Source of the DNA: Eledone cirrhosa
Lineage: Eukaryota
NCBI GenBank assembly: GCA_964016885.1
Contig: OZ024744.1
Span: forward strand, 132,680,001 to 132,744,000
DNA: 64,000 bases
Reading direction: 5' to 3'
Shown here in pieces: positions 23,701 to 37,500 of this stretch (position 1 is its first letter; every line of letters begins with the position of its first letter). The notes beneath the pieces were generated by a model. It did no database searches, was not told where the DNA came from, and was given only the letters and a program-made list of their open reading frames with translations. A program made the position numbers and the translations under genes.

Positions 23701-24962
23701 GGTTAATTTAAGTTGGGGTTAAGTTAAGTTGGTGTTAAGTTGGGGTTAAGTTAAGTTGGGGTTAAGTTGGGGTTAAGTTGAGTGGTGGTTATGTTAAGTT
23801 GGGGTTAAGTTAAGTTGGGGTTAATTTAAATTGGGGTTAAGTTAACTTTGTGGTTAAGTTAAGTTGGAGTTAAGTTAAGTTGGGGTTAAGTTAAGTTGGG
23901 GTTGAGTGAAGTTGGGGTTAAGTTAAGTTGGGGTTAACTTAAGTTGGGGTTAAGTTAAGTTGGGGTTAAATTAAGTTGGGTTAAATTAAGGTGGGGTTAA
24001 GTTAAGTTGGGGGTAAGTTAAGTTGGGGGCAAGTTAAGTTGGTGTTAAGTTAAGTTGGGGTTAAGTTAAGTTGGGGTTAAGTTAAGTTGGGTTTAAGTTA
24101 AGTTGGGACTAAGTTAAGTTAGGGCTAAGTTAAGTTGGGGTTAAGTTAAGTTGGGGCTAAGTTAAGTTGGGTCTAAGTTGAGTTGGGGTTAAGTTAAGTT
24201 GGGGTTAATTTAAGTTGGGGTTAAATTAAGTTGGGGTTAATTAAGTTGGGGTTAAGTTAAGTTGGGGTTAAGTTAAGTTGGGGTTAATTTAAGTTGGGGT
24301 TGTGTTAAGTTGGGGTTAAGTTAAGTTGGGGATCAGTTAAGTTGGGGTTGAGTTAAGTTGGGGTTGAGTGAAGTTGGGGTTAAGTTAAGTCGGGGTTAAT
24401 TTAAGTTGGGGTTGAGTTAAGTCGGGGTTAATTTAAGTTGGGGCTAAGTTAATTTGTGGTTAAGTTAAGTTGGGGTTAAGTTAAGTTGGGGTTAAGTTAA
24501 GTTGCGGTTAAGTTAAGTTGGGGTTAAGTTAAGTTGGGTTTAAGTTAAGTTGGGGTTCAGTTAAGTTGGGGTTAAGTTAAGTTGGGGTTAAGTTAAGTTG
24601 GGGTTGAGTTAAGTTGGGGTTTAATTAAGTTGGGGTTGAGTTAAGTTGGGGTTGAGTTAAGTGGGGGTTGAGTTAAGTTGGGGTTAAGCTAAGTTGGGGT
24701 TAAGTTAAATTGAGGTTAAGTTAACTTGGGTTTGAGTTAAGTTGGGGTTAAGTTAAGTTGGTGTTAAGTTCAGTTCAGGTTAAGTTAACTTGGGGTTAAG
24801 TTAAGTTGGGGTTGAGTTAAGTTGGGGTTGAGTTAAGTTGGGGTTAAGTTAAGTTGGGGTTAACTTAAGTTGGGGTTAAGTTAAGTTGGGGTTAATTTAA
24901 GTTGGGGTTCAGTTAAATTGAGGTTAAGATAACTTGGGTTTGCGTTAAGATGGGGTTAAGTT

Positions 24963-27900
24963 AGGTTTTTCGAAAACCTTATATAATCATTTTTATTTAG
25001 GTTCTTCGAAACACCTTATATAATCAATTTTTTTAGGTTTTTCGAAAAACCTTATATAATCAATTTTTTAATACTTTTAGAAATATTTATATCTGATTTC
25101 AAATATTGATTTTATTAGGTTTTTGGAGTAATCAATTTTTTTTACGTTTTTCGAAAAATGTTATATAATCAATTTTTTTTAGGTTTTTCGAATCAATTCA
25201 ATTTTTATAATCAAATATTTTTAGGTTTTTAGAAAAACCTTATATAATCAAATTTTTTTAGGTTTTTCGAAAAACCTTATATAATTAATTTTTTTATACT
25301 TTTAGAAATATTTATATCTGATTTCAAATATTGGATTTTTTAGGTTTTTCGATAATCAATTTTTTTTAGATTTTTCGAAAAATCTTATATAATCAATTTT
25401 TTTACGTTTTTAGAAAGACCTTATATAATCAATTTTTTTATACTTTTAGAAATATTTATATCTGATTTCAAATATTGATTTTTTTTTTAGGTTTTTCGAA
25501 ATACCTTATATAATCAATTTTTTTTAGGTTTTTCAAATTACTTTATATAATCAATTTTTTTCATCTGATTTCAAATATTGATTTTTTTAGCTTTTTCGAC
25601 AAAATCTTATATAATCAATTTTTTTTAGGTTTTTCGAAAAAGAATGAATTTGAGTTCATAGTCGAAATATATACTTCTGCATTAATCTTTTTACGTTTTT
25701 TTGATTTTTTTAAAAAAAACGTAAAAAATTAATGCTTTTATAAATCTTTTGAAATATTTACTTTCTAGTTTCAAATTTTGCAGATTAAACTTTTCTCGAA
25801 AAACCTAAAAAATCAGTTGTCGAAATCAGAAGTTAATATTTCGAAAAACGCAATTTGAAAAACTCATATTAATTTTTTTTCGAAAACATTATATAATCAA
25901 TTTTTTAGAAATATTTATATCTGATTTCAAATATTGATTTTTTTAGGTTTTTCGAAAACCCTATATAATCAATTTTTTTGTACTTTTAGAAATATCTATA
26001 TCTGATTTCATGTATTGATTTTTTTATATTTTTCGAAAAATCTTATATAATCAATTTTTTTACGTTTTTAGAAAAACCTTATATAATCGATTTTTTTTAG
26101 GTTTTTCGAAATACCTTATATAATCAATTTTTTTATGTTTTTTCGAAAAATCTTATATAATCAATTTTTTTACGTTTTTAGAAATATTTATATCTGATTT
26201 CAAATATTGATTTTTTTTAGATTTTTCGAAACACCTTATATAATCAATTTTTTTTAGGTTTTTCAAATTACCTTATATAATCAATTTTTTTTATCTGATT
26301 TCAAATATTGATTTTTTTTAGCTTTTTCGACAAAATCTTATATAATCAATTTTTTTTAGGTTTTTCGAAAAAGAATGAATTTGAGTTCATAGTCGAAATA
26401 TATACTTCTGCATTAATCTTTTTACGTTTTTTTGATTTTTTTTAAAAAAACGTAAAAAATTAATGCTTTTACAAATCTTTTGAAATATTCACTTTCTAGT
26501 TTCAAATTTTGCAGATTAAATTTTTCTCGAAAAACCTAAAAAATCAGTTGTCGAAATCAGAAGTTAATATTTCGTAAAACGCAATTTGAAAAACTCATTA
26601 ATTTTTTTTCGAAAACTTATTATATAATCAATTTTTTTATACTTTTAGAAATATTTATATCTGATTTCAAATATTGATTTTTTTAGGTTTTTCGAAAACC
26701 CTATATAATCAATTTTTTTGTACTTTTAGAAATATCTATATCTGATTTCATGTATTGATTTTTTTATATTTTTCGAAAAAGCTTAGATAATCAATTTTTT
26801 TAGGTCTTTCGAAAACCTTATATAATCAATATTTTTTTACGTTTTTCGAAAAGACCTTATATAATCAATTTTTTTTAGGTTTTTCAAATATTGATTTTTT
26901 TAGCTTTTTCGACAAAATCTTATATAATCAATTTTTTTTAGGTTTTTCGAAAAAGAATGAATTTGAGTTCATAGTTTCGACTATACTTCTGCATTAATCT
27001 TTTTACGTTTTTTTGATTTTTTTAACGTAAAAAATTAATGCTTTTACAAATCTTTTGAAATATTTACTTTTTTTTAGGTTTCTTCTAAAAATCTTATATA
27101 ATCAATTTTTTTTAGGTTTTTCGAAAAACCTTATATAATCAATTTTTTTTGTTTTTTCGAAAAATCTTATATAATTAATTTTTTTACGTTTTTAGAAATA
27201 TTTATATCTGATTTCAAATATTGATTTTTTTTAGATTTTTCGAAATACCTTATATAATCAATTTTTTTTAGGTTTTTCAAATTACCTTATATAATCAATT
27301 TTTTTTATCAGATTTCAAATATTGATTTTTTTAGCTTTTTCGACAAAATCTTATATAATCAATTTTTTTTAGGTTTTTCGAAAAAGAATGAATTTGAGTT
27401 CATAGTCGAAATATATACTTCTGCATTTTTACGTTTTTTTGATTTTTTTTAAAAAAACGTAAAAAATTAATGCTTTTACAAATCTTTTGAAATATTTACT
27501 TTCTAGTTTCAAATTTTGCAGATTAAATTTTTCTCGAAAAACCTAAAAAATCAGTTGTCGAAATCAGAAGTTAATATTTCGAAAAACGCAATTTGAAAAA
27601 CTCATATTAATTTTTTTTCGAAAACATTATATAATCAATTTTTTAGAAATATTTATATCTGATTTCAAATATTGATTTTTTTAGGTTTTTCGAAAACCCT
27701 ATATAATCAATTTTTTTGTACTTTTAGAAATATCTATATCTGATTTCATGTGTTGATTTTTTTATATTTTTCGAAAAAGCTTAGATAATCAATTTTTTTA
27801 GGTCTTTCGAAAACCTTATATAATCAATTTTTTTTAGGTTTTTTCGAAGTATCTTATATAATCAATTTTTTTACGTTTTTAGAAATATTTATATCTGATT

Positions 27901-27973
27901 TCAAATATTGATTTTTTTTAGATTTTTCGAAATACCTTATATAATCAATTTTTTTTAGGTTTTTCAAATTACC
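24963..27973 (+). repeat. Satellite B block B2 (~3.0 kb, 4 modules, one rearranged)
   Basis: Same leader and subunits as B1. Carries the TTTTGGAGTAATC and CGAAGTATCT variants shared with B4. Confidence 0.96.
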
Positions 27974-28148
27974 CCGACTTAACCCCGACTTAACTTAACC
28001 CCAACTTAACTTAACCCCAACTTAACTTAACCCCAACTTGACTTAACCCCAACATAACTCACACCCAACTTAACTTACCCCCAACTTAACTTAACCCCAA
28101 CTTGACTTAACCCCAACTTAACTTAACCCCAACTTAACTTAACGCCAA
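27974..28148 (-). repeat. Junction-associated inverted satellite A segment (175 bp), copy 2
   Basis: Same start and end sequence as 17309-17483. Confidence 0.95.
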
Positions 28149-31100
28149 AGTCGGAGTTAAGTTAAGTTGGGGTTAAGCTAAGTTGGGGGTAAGTTAAGTT
28201 GGGGGTAAGTTAAATTGGGGTTAAGTTAAGTTGGGGTTGAGTGAAGTTGGGGTTAAGTTAAGTTGGGGTTAAGTTAAGTTAGGGTTAATTTAAGTTGGGG
28301 TTAAGTTAAGTTGGGGTTAACTTAAGTTGGGGTTAAGTTAAGTTGGGGTTAATTTAGGTTGGGGTTAAGTTAAGTTGGGGTTAAGATAAGTTGGGGTTAA
28401 GTTAAATTGAGATTAAGTTAACTTGGGTTTGAGTTAAGTTGGGGATAAGTTAAGTTGGGGTTAAGTTAAGTTGGGGTTAATTTAAGTTGGGTTTAAGTTA
28501 AGTTGGGGTTGAGTTAAGTTGGGGTTAAGTTAAGTTGGGGTTGAGTTAAGTTGGGGTTGAGTTAAATTGGGGTTAAGTTAAGTTGGGGTTGAGTTAAGTT
28601 GGGGTTGAGTTAAATTGGGGTTGAGTTAAGTTGGGGTTAAGTTAAGTTGGGGTTAAGTTAAGTTAGGGTTAAGTTAAGTTGGGGTTAAGTTAAGTTGGGG
28701 TTAAGTTAAGTTGGGGCTGAGTTAAGTTGGGTGTACGTTAAGTTGGGGTTGACTGAAGTTGGGGTTAAGTTAAGTTGGGGTTAAGTTAAGTTAGGGTTAA
28801 TTTAAGTTGGGGTTATGTTAAGTTGGGGTTAAGTTAAGTTGGGGTTAAGTAGAGTTGGGGTTAATTTAAGTTGGGGTTAAGTTAAGTTGGTGTTAAGTTG
28901 GGGGTAATTTAAGTGGTGGTTATGTTAAGTTGGGGTTAGGTTAAGTTGGGGATAAGTTAAGTTGGGGATAAGCTAAGTTGGGGTTAAGTTAAGTTGGGTT
29001 TAAGTTAAGTTGGGGTTAAGTTAAGTCGGGGTTATGTTAAGTCGGTGTTAAGTTAAGTTAGGGTTAAGTTAAGTTGGGGTTAAGTTAAGTTGGGGTTGAG
29101 TTAAGTTGGGGTTGAGTTAAATTGGGGTTGAGTTAAGTTGGGGTTAAGTTAAGTTGGGGTTAAGTTAAGTTAGGGTTAAGTTAAGTTGGGGTTAAGTTAA
29201 GTTGGGGTTAAGTTAAGTTGGGGCTGAGTTAAGTTGGGTGTACGTTAAGTTGGGGTTGACTGAAGTTGGGGTTAAGTTAAGTTGGGGTTAATTTAAGTTA
29301 GGGTTAATTTAAGTTGGGGTTATGTTAAGTTGGGGTTAAGTTAAGTTGGGGTTAAGTAGAGTTGGGGTTAATTTAAGTTGGGGTTAAGTTAAGTTGGTGT
29401 TAAGTTGGGGGTAATTTAAGTGGTGGTTATGTTAAGTTGGGGTTAAGTTAAGTTGGGGTTAATTTAAATTGGGGTTAAGTTAACTTTGTGGTTAAGTTAA
29501 GTTGGAGTTAAGTTAAGTTGGAGTTAAGTTAAGTTGGGGTTGAGTGAAGTTGGGGTTAAGTTAAGTTGGGGTTAACTTAAGTTGGGTTTGAGTTAAGTTG
29601 CGGTTAAGTTAAGTTGGGGTTAAGTTAAGTTGGGGTTAAGTTAAGTCGGGGTTAATTTAAGTTGGGGTTAAGTTAAGTTGGGGTTAATTTAAGTTGGGGT
29701 TAAGTTAAGTTTAGGTTAAGTTAAGTTGGGGTTAAATTAAGTTGGGGTTAAGTTAAGTTGGGGTTAAGTTAAGTTGGGGTTAGGTTAAGTTGGGGATAAG
29801 TTAAGTTGGGGATAAGTTAAGTTGGGGTTAAGTTAAGTTGGGTTTAAGTTAAGTTGGGGTTAAGTTAAGTTGGGGTTTAATTAAGTTGGGGTTGAGTTAA
29901 GTTGGGGTTGACTTAAGTTGGGCTTAAGTTAAGTTGGGGTTAAGTTAAGATGTGGTTAAGTTAAGTTGGGGTTAAGTTAAGTTGGGGTTAAATTAAGTTG
30001 GGGTTAAGTTAAGTTGGGGGTAAGGTAAATTGGTGGTAAGTTAAGTTGGGGGTAAGTTAAGATGGGGCTAAGTTAAGTTGGGGTTAAGTTAATTTGGGGT
30101 TAAGTTAAGTTAGGGTTAAGTTAAGTTGGGGTTGACTTAAGTTGGGGTTAAGTTAAGTTGGGGTTATGTTAAGTTGGGTTTAAGTTAAGTTGGGGTTAAG
30201 TTAAGTTGGGGTTAAGTTAAGTTGGGGTTAAGTTAAGTTGGGGTTAAGTTAAGTTGGGATTAAGTTAAGTTGGGGTTAAGTTAAGTTGGGGTTAAATTAA
30301 GTTGGGGTTAAGTTAAGTTGGGGTTAATTTAAGTTGGGGTTAAGTTAAGTTGGGGTTGAGTTAAGTTGGGGGTAAGTTAAGTTGGGGGTAAGTTAAGTTG
30401 GGTGTAAGTTAAGATGGGGTTAAGTTAAGTTGGAGTTAAGTTATTTTGGGGTTAAGTTAAGTTGGGAGTAAGTTAAGTTGGTGATAAGTTAAGTTGGGGG
30501 TAAGTTAAGTTGGGGTTAAGGTAAGTTGGGTTAAGTTGGGGTTAAGTTAAGTTAGGGTTAAGTTAAGTTGGGGTTGAGTTAAGTTGGGGTTAAGTTAAGA
30601 GGTGGTTATGTTCAGTTGGGGTTAAGTTAAGTTGGGGTTAAGTTAAGTTGGGGTTAAGTTAAGTTGGGGTTAAGATAAGTTGGGGTTAAGTTAAGTTGGG
30701 GTTGAGTTAAGTTGGGGTTGAGTTAATTTGGGGTTAAGTTAAGTTGGGGTTAACTTAATTTGGGTTTAATTTAAGTTGGGGTTAAGTTAAGTTGGGGTTA
30801 AATTAAGTTGGGATTAAGTTAAGTTGGGTGTACGTTAAGTTGGGGTTGACTGAAGTTGGGGTTAAGTTAAGTTGGGGTTAAGTAGAGTTGGGGTTAATTT
30901 AAGTTGGGGTTAAGTTAAGTTGGTGTTAAGTTGGGGTTAAGTTAAGTTGGGGTTAAGTTGGGGTTAAGTTAAGTGGTGGTTATGTTAAGTTGGGGTTAAG
31001 TTAAGTTGGGGTTAATTTAAATTGGGGTTAAGTTAACTTTGTGGTTAAGTTAAGTTGGAGTTAAGTTAAGTTGGGGTTAAGTTAAGTTGGGGTTGAGTGA

Positions 31101-33280
31101 AGTTGGGGTTAATTTAAGTTGGGGTTCAGTTAAGTTGGGGTTAAGTTAAGTTGGGGTTGAGTTAAGTTGGGGTTAATTTAAGTTGAGGTTATTTTAAGTT
31201 GGGGTTAAGTTAAGTTGGGGTTAAGTTAAGTTGGGGTTAAGTTAAGTTGGGGTTAAGTTAAGTTGGGGTTAAGTTAAGTTGGGTTTAAGTTAAGTTGGGG
31301 TTAAATTAAGTGGGGGTTAAATTAAAGTGGGGTTAAGTTAAGTTGGGGGTAAGTTAAGTTGGGGGCAAGTTAAGTTGGTGTTAAGTTAAGTTGGGGTTAA
31401 GTTAAGTTGGGGTTAAGTTAAGTTGGGTTAAATTAAGTTGGGACTAAGTTAAGTTAGGGCTAAGTTCAGTTGGGGTAAAGTTAAGTTGGGGCTAAGTTAA
31501 GTTGGGTATAAGTTGAGTTGGGGTTAAGTTAAGTTGGGGTTAAGTTAAGTTGGGGTTAAATTAAGTTGGGGTTAATTAAGTTGGGGTTAAGTTAAGTTGG
31601 GGTTAAGTTAAGTTGGGGTTAATTTAAGTTGGGGTTGTGTTAATTTGGGGTTAAGTTAAGTTGGGGTTATATTAAGTTGGGTTTAAGTTAAGTTGGGGTT
31701 AAGTTAAGTTGGGGTTAAGTTAAGTTAGGGTTAATTTAAGTTGGGGTTATGTTAAGTTGGGGTTAAGTAGAGTTGGGGTTAATTTAAGTTGGGGTTAAGT
31801 TAAGTTGGTGTTAAGTTGGGGTTAAGTTAAGTTGGGGTTAAGTTGGGGTTAAGTTGAGTGGTGGTTATGTTAAGTTGGGGTTAAGTTAAGTTGGGGTTAA
31901 TTTAAATTGGGGCTAAGTTAACTTTGTGGTTAAGTTAAGTTGGAGTTAAGTTAAGTTGGGGTTAAGTTAAGTTGGGGTTGAGTGAAGTTGGGGTTAAGTT
32001 AAGTTGGGGTTAACTTAAGTTGGGGTTAAGTTAAGTTGGGGTTAAATTAAGTTGGGGTTAAATTAAGGTGGGGTTAAGTTAAGTTGGGGGTAAGTTAAGT
32101 TGGGGGCAAGTTAAGTTGGTGTTAAGTTAAGTTGGGGTTAAGTTAAGTTGGGGTTAAGTTAAGTTGGGTTTAAGTTAAGTTGGGACTAAGTTAAGTTAGG
32201 GCTAAGTTAAGTTGGGGTTAAGTTAAGTTGGGGCTAAGTTAAGTTGGGTCTAAGTTGAGTGGTGGTTATGTTAAGTTGGGGTTAAGTTAAGTTGGGGTTA
32301 ATTTAAATTGGGGTTAAGTTAAGTTGGGGTTAATTTAAGTTGGGGTTAAATTAAGTTGGGGTTAATTAAGTTGTGGTTAAGTTAAGTTGGGGTTAAGTTA
32401 AGTTGGGGTTAATTTAAGTTGGGGTTGTGTTAAGTTGGGGTTAAGTTAAGTTGGGGATAAGTTAAGTTGGGGTTAAGTTAAGTTGGGGGTAAGTTAAGTT
32501 GGTGGTAAGTTAAGTTGGGGTTAAGTTAAGTTGGGGTTAATTTAAATTGGGGTTAATTTAACTTTGTGGTTAAGTTAAGTTGGGGTTTATTTAAGTTGGG
32601 TTTAAGTTAAGTTGGGGTTGAGTTAAGTTGGGGTTGAGTGAAGTTGGGGTTAAGTTAAGTCGGGGTTAATTTAAGTTGGGGTTGAGTTAAGTCGGGGCTA
32701 ATTTAAGTTGGGGCTAAGTTAATTTGTGGTTAAGTTAAGTTGGGGTTAAGTTAAGTTGGGGTTAAGTTAAGTTGGGGGTAAGTTAAGTTGGGGGCAAGAT
32801 AAGTTGGGGTTAAGTTAAGTTGCGGTTAAGTTAAGTTGGGGTTAAGTTAAGTTGGGTTTAAGTTAAGTTGGGGTTCAGTTAAGTTGGGGTTAATTTAAGT
32901 TGGGGTTAAGTTAAGTTGGGGTTGAGTTAAGTTGGGGTTTAATTAAGTTGGGGTTGAGTTAAGTTGGGGTTGAGTTAAGTGGGGGTTGAGTTAAGTTGGG
33001 GTTAAGCTAAGTTGGGGTTAAGTTAAATTGAGGTTAAGTTAACTTGGGTTTGAGTTAAGTTGGGGTTAAGTTAAGTTGGTGTTAAGTTCAGTTCAGGTTA
33101 AGTTAACTTGGGGTTAAGTTAAGTTGGGGTTGAGTTAAGTTGGGGTTGAGTTAAGTTGGGGTTAAGTTAAGTTGGGGTTAACTTAAGTTGGGGTTAAGTT
33201 AAGTTGGGGTTAATTTAAGTTGGGGTTCAGTTAAATTGAGGTTAAGATAACTTGGGTTTGCGTTAAGATGGGGTTAAGTT
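27974..33280 (+). repeat. Satellite A block A3 (~5.3 kb, no internal inverted islands)
   Basis: 16-bp repeat with a 175-bp inverted start (27974-28148). The distal ~4.3 kb follows the variant pattern of A1 ~6880-11506. Confidence 0.97.
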
Positions 33281-36200
33281 AGGTTTTTCGAAAACCTTAT
33301 ATAATCATTTTTATTTAGGTTCTTCGAAACACCTTATATAATCAATTTTTTTAGGTTTTTCGAAAAACCTTATATAATCAATTTTTTAATACTTTTAGAA
33401 ATATTTATATATGATTTCAAATATTGATTTTATTAGGTTTTTGGAATAATCAATTTTTTTTACGTTTTTCGAAAAATGTTATATAATCAATTTTTTTTAG
33501 GTTTTTCGAATCAATTCAATTTTTATAATCAAATATTTTTAGGTTTTTAGAAAAACCTTATATAATCAAATTTTTTTAGGTTTTTCGAAAAACCTTATAT
33601 AATTAATTTTTTTATACTTTTAGAAATATTTATATCTGATTTCAAATATTGGATTTTTTAGGTTTTTCGATAATCAATTTTTTTTAGATTTTTCGAAAAA
33701 TCTTATATAATCAATTTTTTTACGTTTTTAGAAAGACCTTATATAATCAATTTTTTCATACTTTTAGAAATATTTATATCTGATTTCAAATATTGATTTT
33801 TTTTTTAGGTTTTTCGAAATACCTTATATAATCAATTTTTTTTAGGTTTTTCAAATTACTTTATATAATCAATTTTTTTTATCTGATTTCAAATATTGAT
33901 TTTTTTAGCTTTTTCGACAAAATCTTATATAATCAATTTTTTTTAGGTTTTTCGAAAAAGAATGAATTTGAGTTCATAGTCGAAATATATACTTCTGCAT
34001 TAATCTTTTTACGTTTTTTTGATTTTTTTTAAAAAAACGTAAAAAATTAATGCTTTTACAAATCTTTTGAAATATTTACTTTCTAGTTTCAAATTTTGCA
34101 GATTAAATTTTTCTCGAAAAACCTAAAAAATCAGTTGTCGAAATCAGAAGTTAATATTTCGAAAAACGCAATTTGAAAAACTCATATTAATTTTTTTTCG
34201 AAAACATTATATAATCAATTTTTTAGAAATATTTATATCTGATTTCAAATATTGATTTTTTTAGGTTTTTCGAAAACCCTATATAATCAATTTTTTTGTA
34301 CTTTTAGAAATATCTATATCTGATTTCATGTATTGATTTTTTTATATTTTTCGAAAAATCTTATATAATCAATTTCTTTACGTTTTTAAAAAAACCTTAT
34401 ATAATCAATTTTTTTTAGGTTTTTCGAAAAACCTTATATAATCAATTTTTTTGTTTTTTCGAAAAATCTTATATAATCAATTTTTTTACGTTTTTAGAAA
34501 TATATATATCTGATTTCAAATATTGATTTTTTTTAGATTTTTCGAAATACCTTATATAATCAATTTTTTTTAGGTTTTTCAAATTACCTTATATAATCAA
34601 TTTTTTTTATCTGATTTCAAATATTGATTTTTTTAGCTTTTTCGACAAAATCTTATATAATCAATTTTTTTTAGGTTTTTCGAAAAAGAATGAATTTGAG
34701 TTCATAGTCGAAATATATACTTCTGCATTAATCTTTTTACGTTTTTTTGATTTTTTTTAAAAAAACGTAAAAAATTAATGCTTTTACAAATCTTTTGAAA
34801 TATTCACTTTCTAGTTTCAAATTTTGCAGATTAAATTTTTCTCGAAAAACCTAAAAAATCAGTTGTCGAAATCAGAAGTTAATATTTCGTAAAACGCAAT
34901 TTGAAAAACTCATTAATTTTTTTTCGAAAACTTATTATATAATCAATTTTTTTATACTTTTAGAAATATTTATATCTGATTTCAAATATTGATTTTTTTA
35001 GGTTTTTCGAAAACCCTATATAATCAATTTTTTTGTACTTTTAGAAATATCTATATCTGATTTCATGTATTGATTTTTTTATATTTTTCGAAAAAGCTTA
35101 GATAATCAATTTTTTTAGGTCTTTCGAAAACATTATATAATCAATTTTTTTTTAGGTTTTTCGAAAAAACCTTATATAATCAATTTTTTTTAGGTTTTTC
35201 AAATATTGATTTTTTTAGCTTTTTCGACAAAATCTTATATAATCAATTTTTTTTAGGTTTTTCGAAAAAGAATGAATTTGAGTTCATAGTCGAAATATAT
35301 ACTTCTGCATTAATCTTTTTACGTTTTTTTGATTTTTTTAAAAAAACGTAAAAAATTAATGCTTTTACAAATCTTTTGAAATATTTACTTTCTAGTTTCA
35401 AATTTTGCAGATTAAATTTTTCTCGAAAAACCTAAAAAATCAGTTGTCGAAATCAGAAGTTAATATTTCGAAAAACGCAATTTGAAAAACTCATATTAAT
35501 TTTTTTTCGAAAACATTATATAATCAATTTTTTAGAAATATTTATATCTGATTTCAAATATTGATTTTTTTAGGTTTTTCGAAAACCCTATATAATCAAT
35601 TTTTTTGTACTTTTAGAAATATCTATATCTGATTTCATGTATTGATTTTTTTATATTTTTCAAAAAATCTTATATAATCAATTTTTTTACGTTTTTAGAA
35701 AAACCTTATATAATCAATTTTTTTTAGGTTTTTCGAAAAACCTTATATAATCAATTTTTTTATGTTTTTTCGAAAAATCTTATATAATCAATTTTTTTAC
35801 GTTTTTAGAAATATTTATATCTGATTTCAAATATTGATTTTTTTTAGATTTTTCGAAATACCTTATATAATCAATTTTTTTTAGGTTTTTCAAATTACCT
35901 TATATAATCAATTTTTTTTATCAGATTTCAAATATTGATTTTTTTTAGCTTTTTCGACAAAATCTTATATAATCAATTTTTTTTAGGTTTTTCGAAAAAG
36001 AATGAATTTGAGTTCATAGTCGAAATATATACTTCTGCATTAATCTTTTTACGTTTTTTTGATTTTTTTTAAAAAAACGTAAAAAATTAATGCTTTTACA
36101 AATCTTTTGAAATATTTACTTTCTAGTTTCAAATTTTGCAGATTAAATTTTTCTCGAAAAACCTAAAAAATCAGTTGTCGAAATCAGAAGTTAATATTTC

Positions 36201-37436
36201 GAAAAACGCAATTTGAAAAACTCATATTAATTTTTTTTCGAAAACATTATATAATCAATTTTTTAGAAATATTTATATCTGATTTCAAATATTGATTTTT
36301 TTTAGGTTTTTCGAATTACCTTATATAATCAATTCTTTTTTTGGTTTTTTCGAAAAATCTTATATAATCAATTTTTTTACGTTTTTAGAAAAACCTTATA
36401 TAATCAATTTTTTTTAGATTTTTCAAAAAACCTTATATAATCAATTTTTTTTGTTTTTTTGAAAAATCTTATATAATCAATTTTTTTACGTTTTTAGAAA
36501 TATTTATATCTGATTTCAAATATTGATTTTTTTTAGATTTTTCGAAACACCTTATATAATCAATTTTTTTTAGGTTTTTCAAATTACCTTATATAATCAA
36601 TTTTTTTTATCTGATTTCAAATATTGATTTTTTTAGCTTTTTCGACAAAATCTTATATAATCAATTTTTTTTAGGTTTTTCGAAAAAGAATGAATTTGAG
36701 TTCATAGTCGAAATATATACTTCTGCATTAATCTTTTTACGTTTTTTTTATTTTTTTTAAAAAAACGTAAAAAATTAATGCTTTTACAAATCTTTTGAAA
36801 TATTTACTTTCTAGTTTCAAATTTTGCAGATTAAATTTTTCTCGAAAAACCTAAAAAATCAGTTGTCGAAATCAGAAGTTAATATTTCGAAAAACGCAAT
36901 TTGAAAAACTCATATTAATTTTTTTTCGAAAACATTATATAATCAATTTTTTAGAAATATTTATATCTGATTTCAAATATTGATTTTTTTAGGTTTTTCG
37001 AAAACCCTATATAATCAATTTTTTTGTACTTTTAGAAATATCTATATCTGATTTCATGTATTGATTTTTTTATATTTTTAGAAAAAGCTTAGATAATCAA
37101 TTTTTTTAGGTCTTTCGAAAACCTTATATAATCAATTTTTTTTTAGGTTTTTCGAAAAAACCTTATATAATCATTATTTTTTAGGCTTTTTCGAAAAATC
37201 TTATATAATCAATTTTTTTACGTTTTTCGAAAAAACTTATATAATCAATTTTTTTTAGGTTTTTCAAAAAACCTTATATAATCAATTTTTTTTAGGTTTT
37301 TCGAAAAACCTTATATAATCAATTTTTTTTGTTTTTTCAAAAAATCTTATATAATCAATTTTTTTACGTTTTTAGAAATATTTATATCTTATTTCAAATA
37401 TTGATTTTTTTTAGATTTTTCGAAATACCTTATATA

Positions 37437-37500
37437 ATCAATTTTTTTTAGGTTTTTCAAATTACCATAAGGTAATTTGAAAAACCTAAAAAAAATTGAT
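37437..37500. repeat. Perfect inverted repeat, 30-bp arms (copy 2)
   Basis: Same sequence as 16618-16681. Confidence 0.95.

Larger units (their letters stand above)
17309..24962 (+). repeat. Satellite A block A2 (~7.65 kb)
   Basis: 16-bp repeat. Begins with a 175-bp inverted segment and has two internal inverted islands. Confidence 0.97.
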
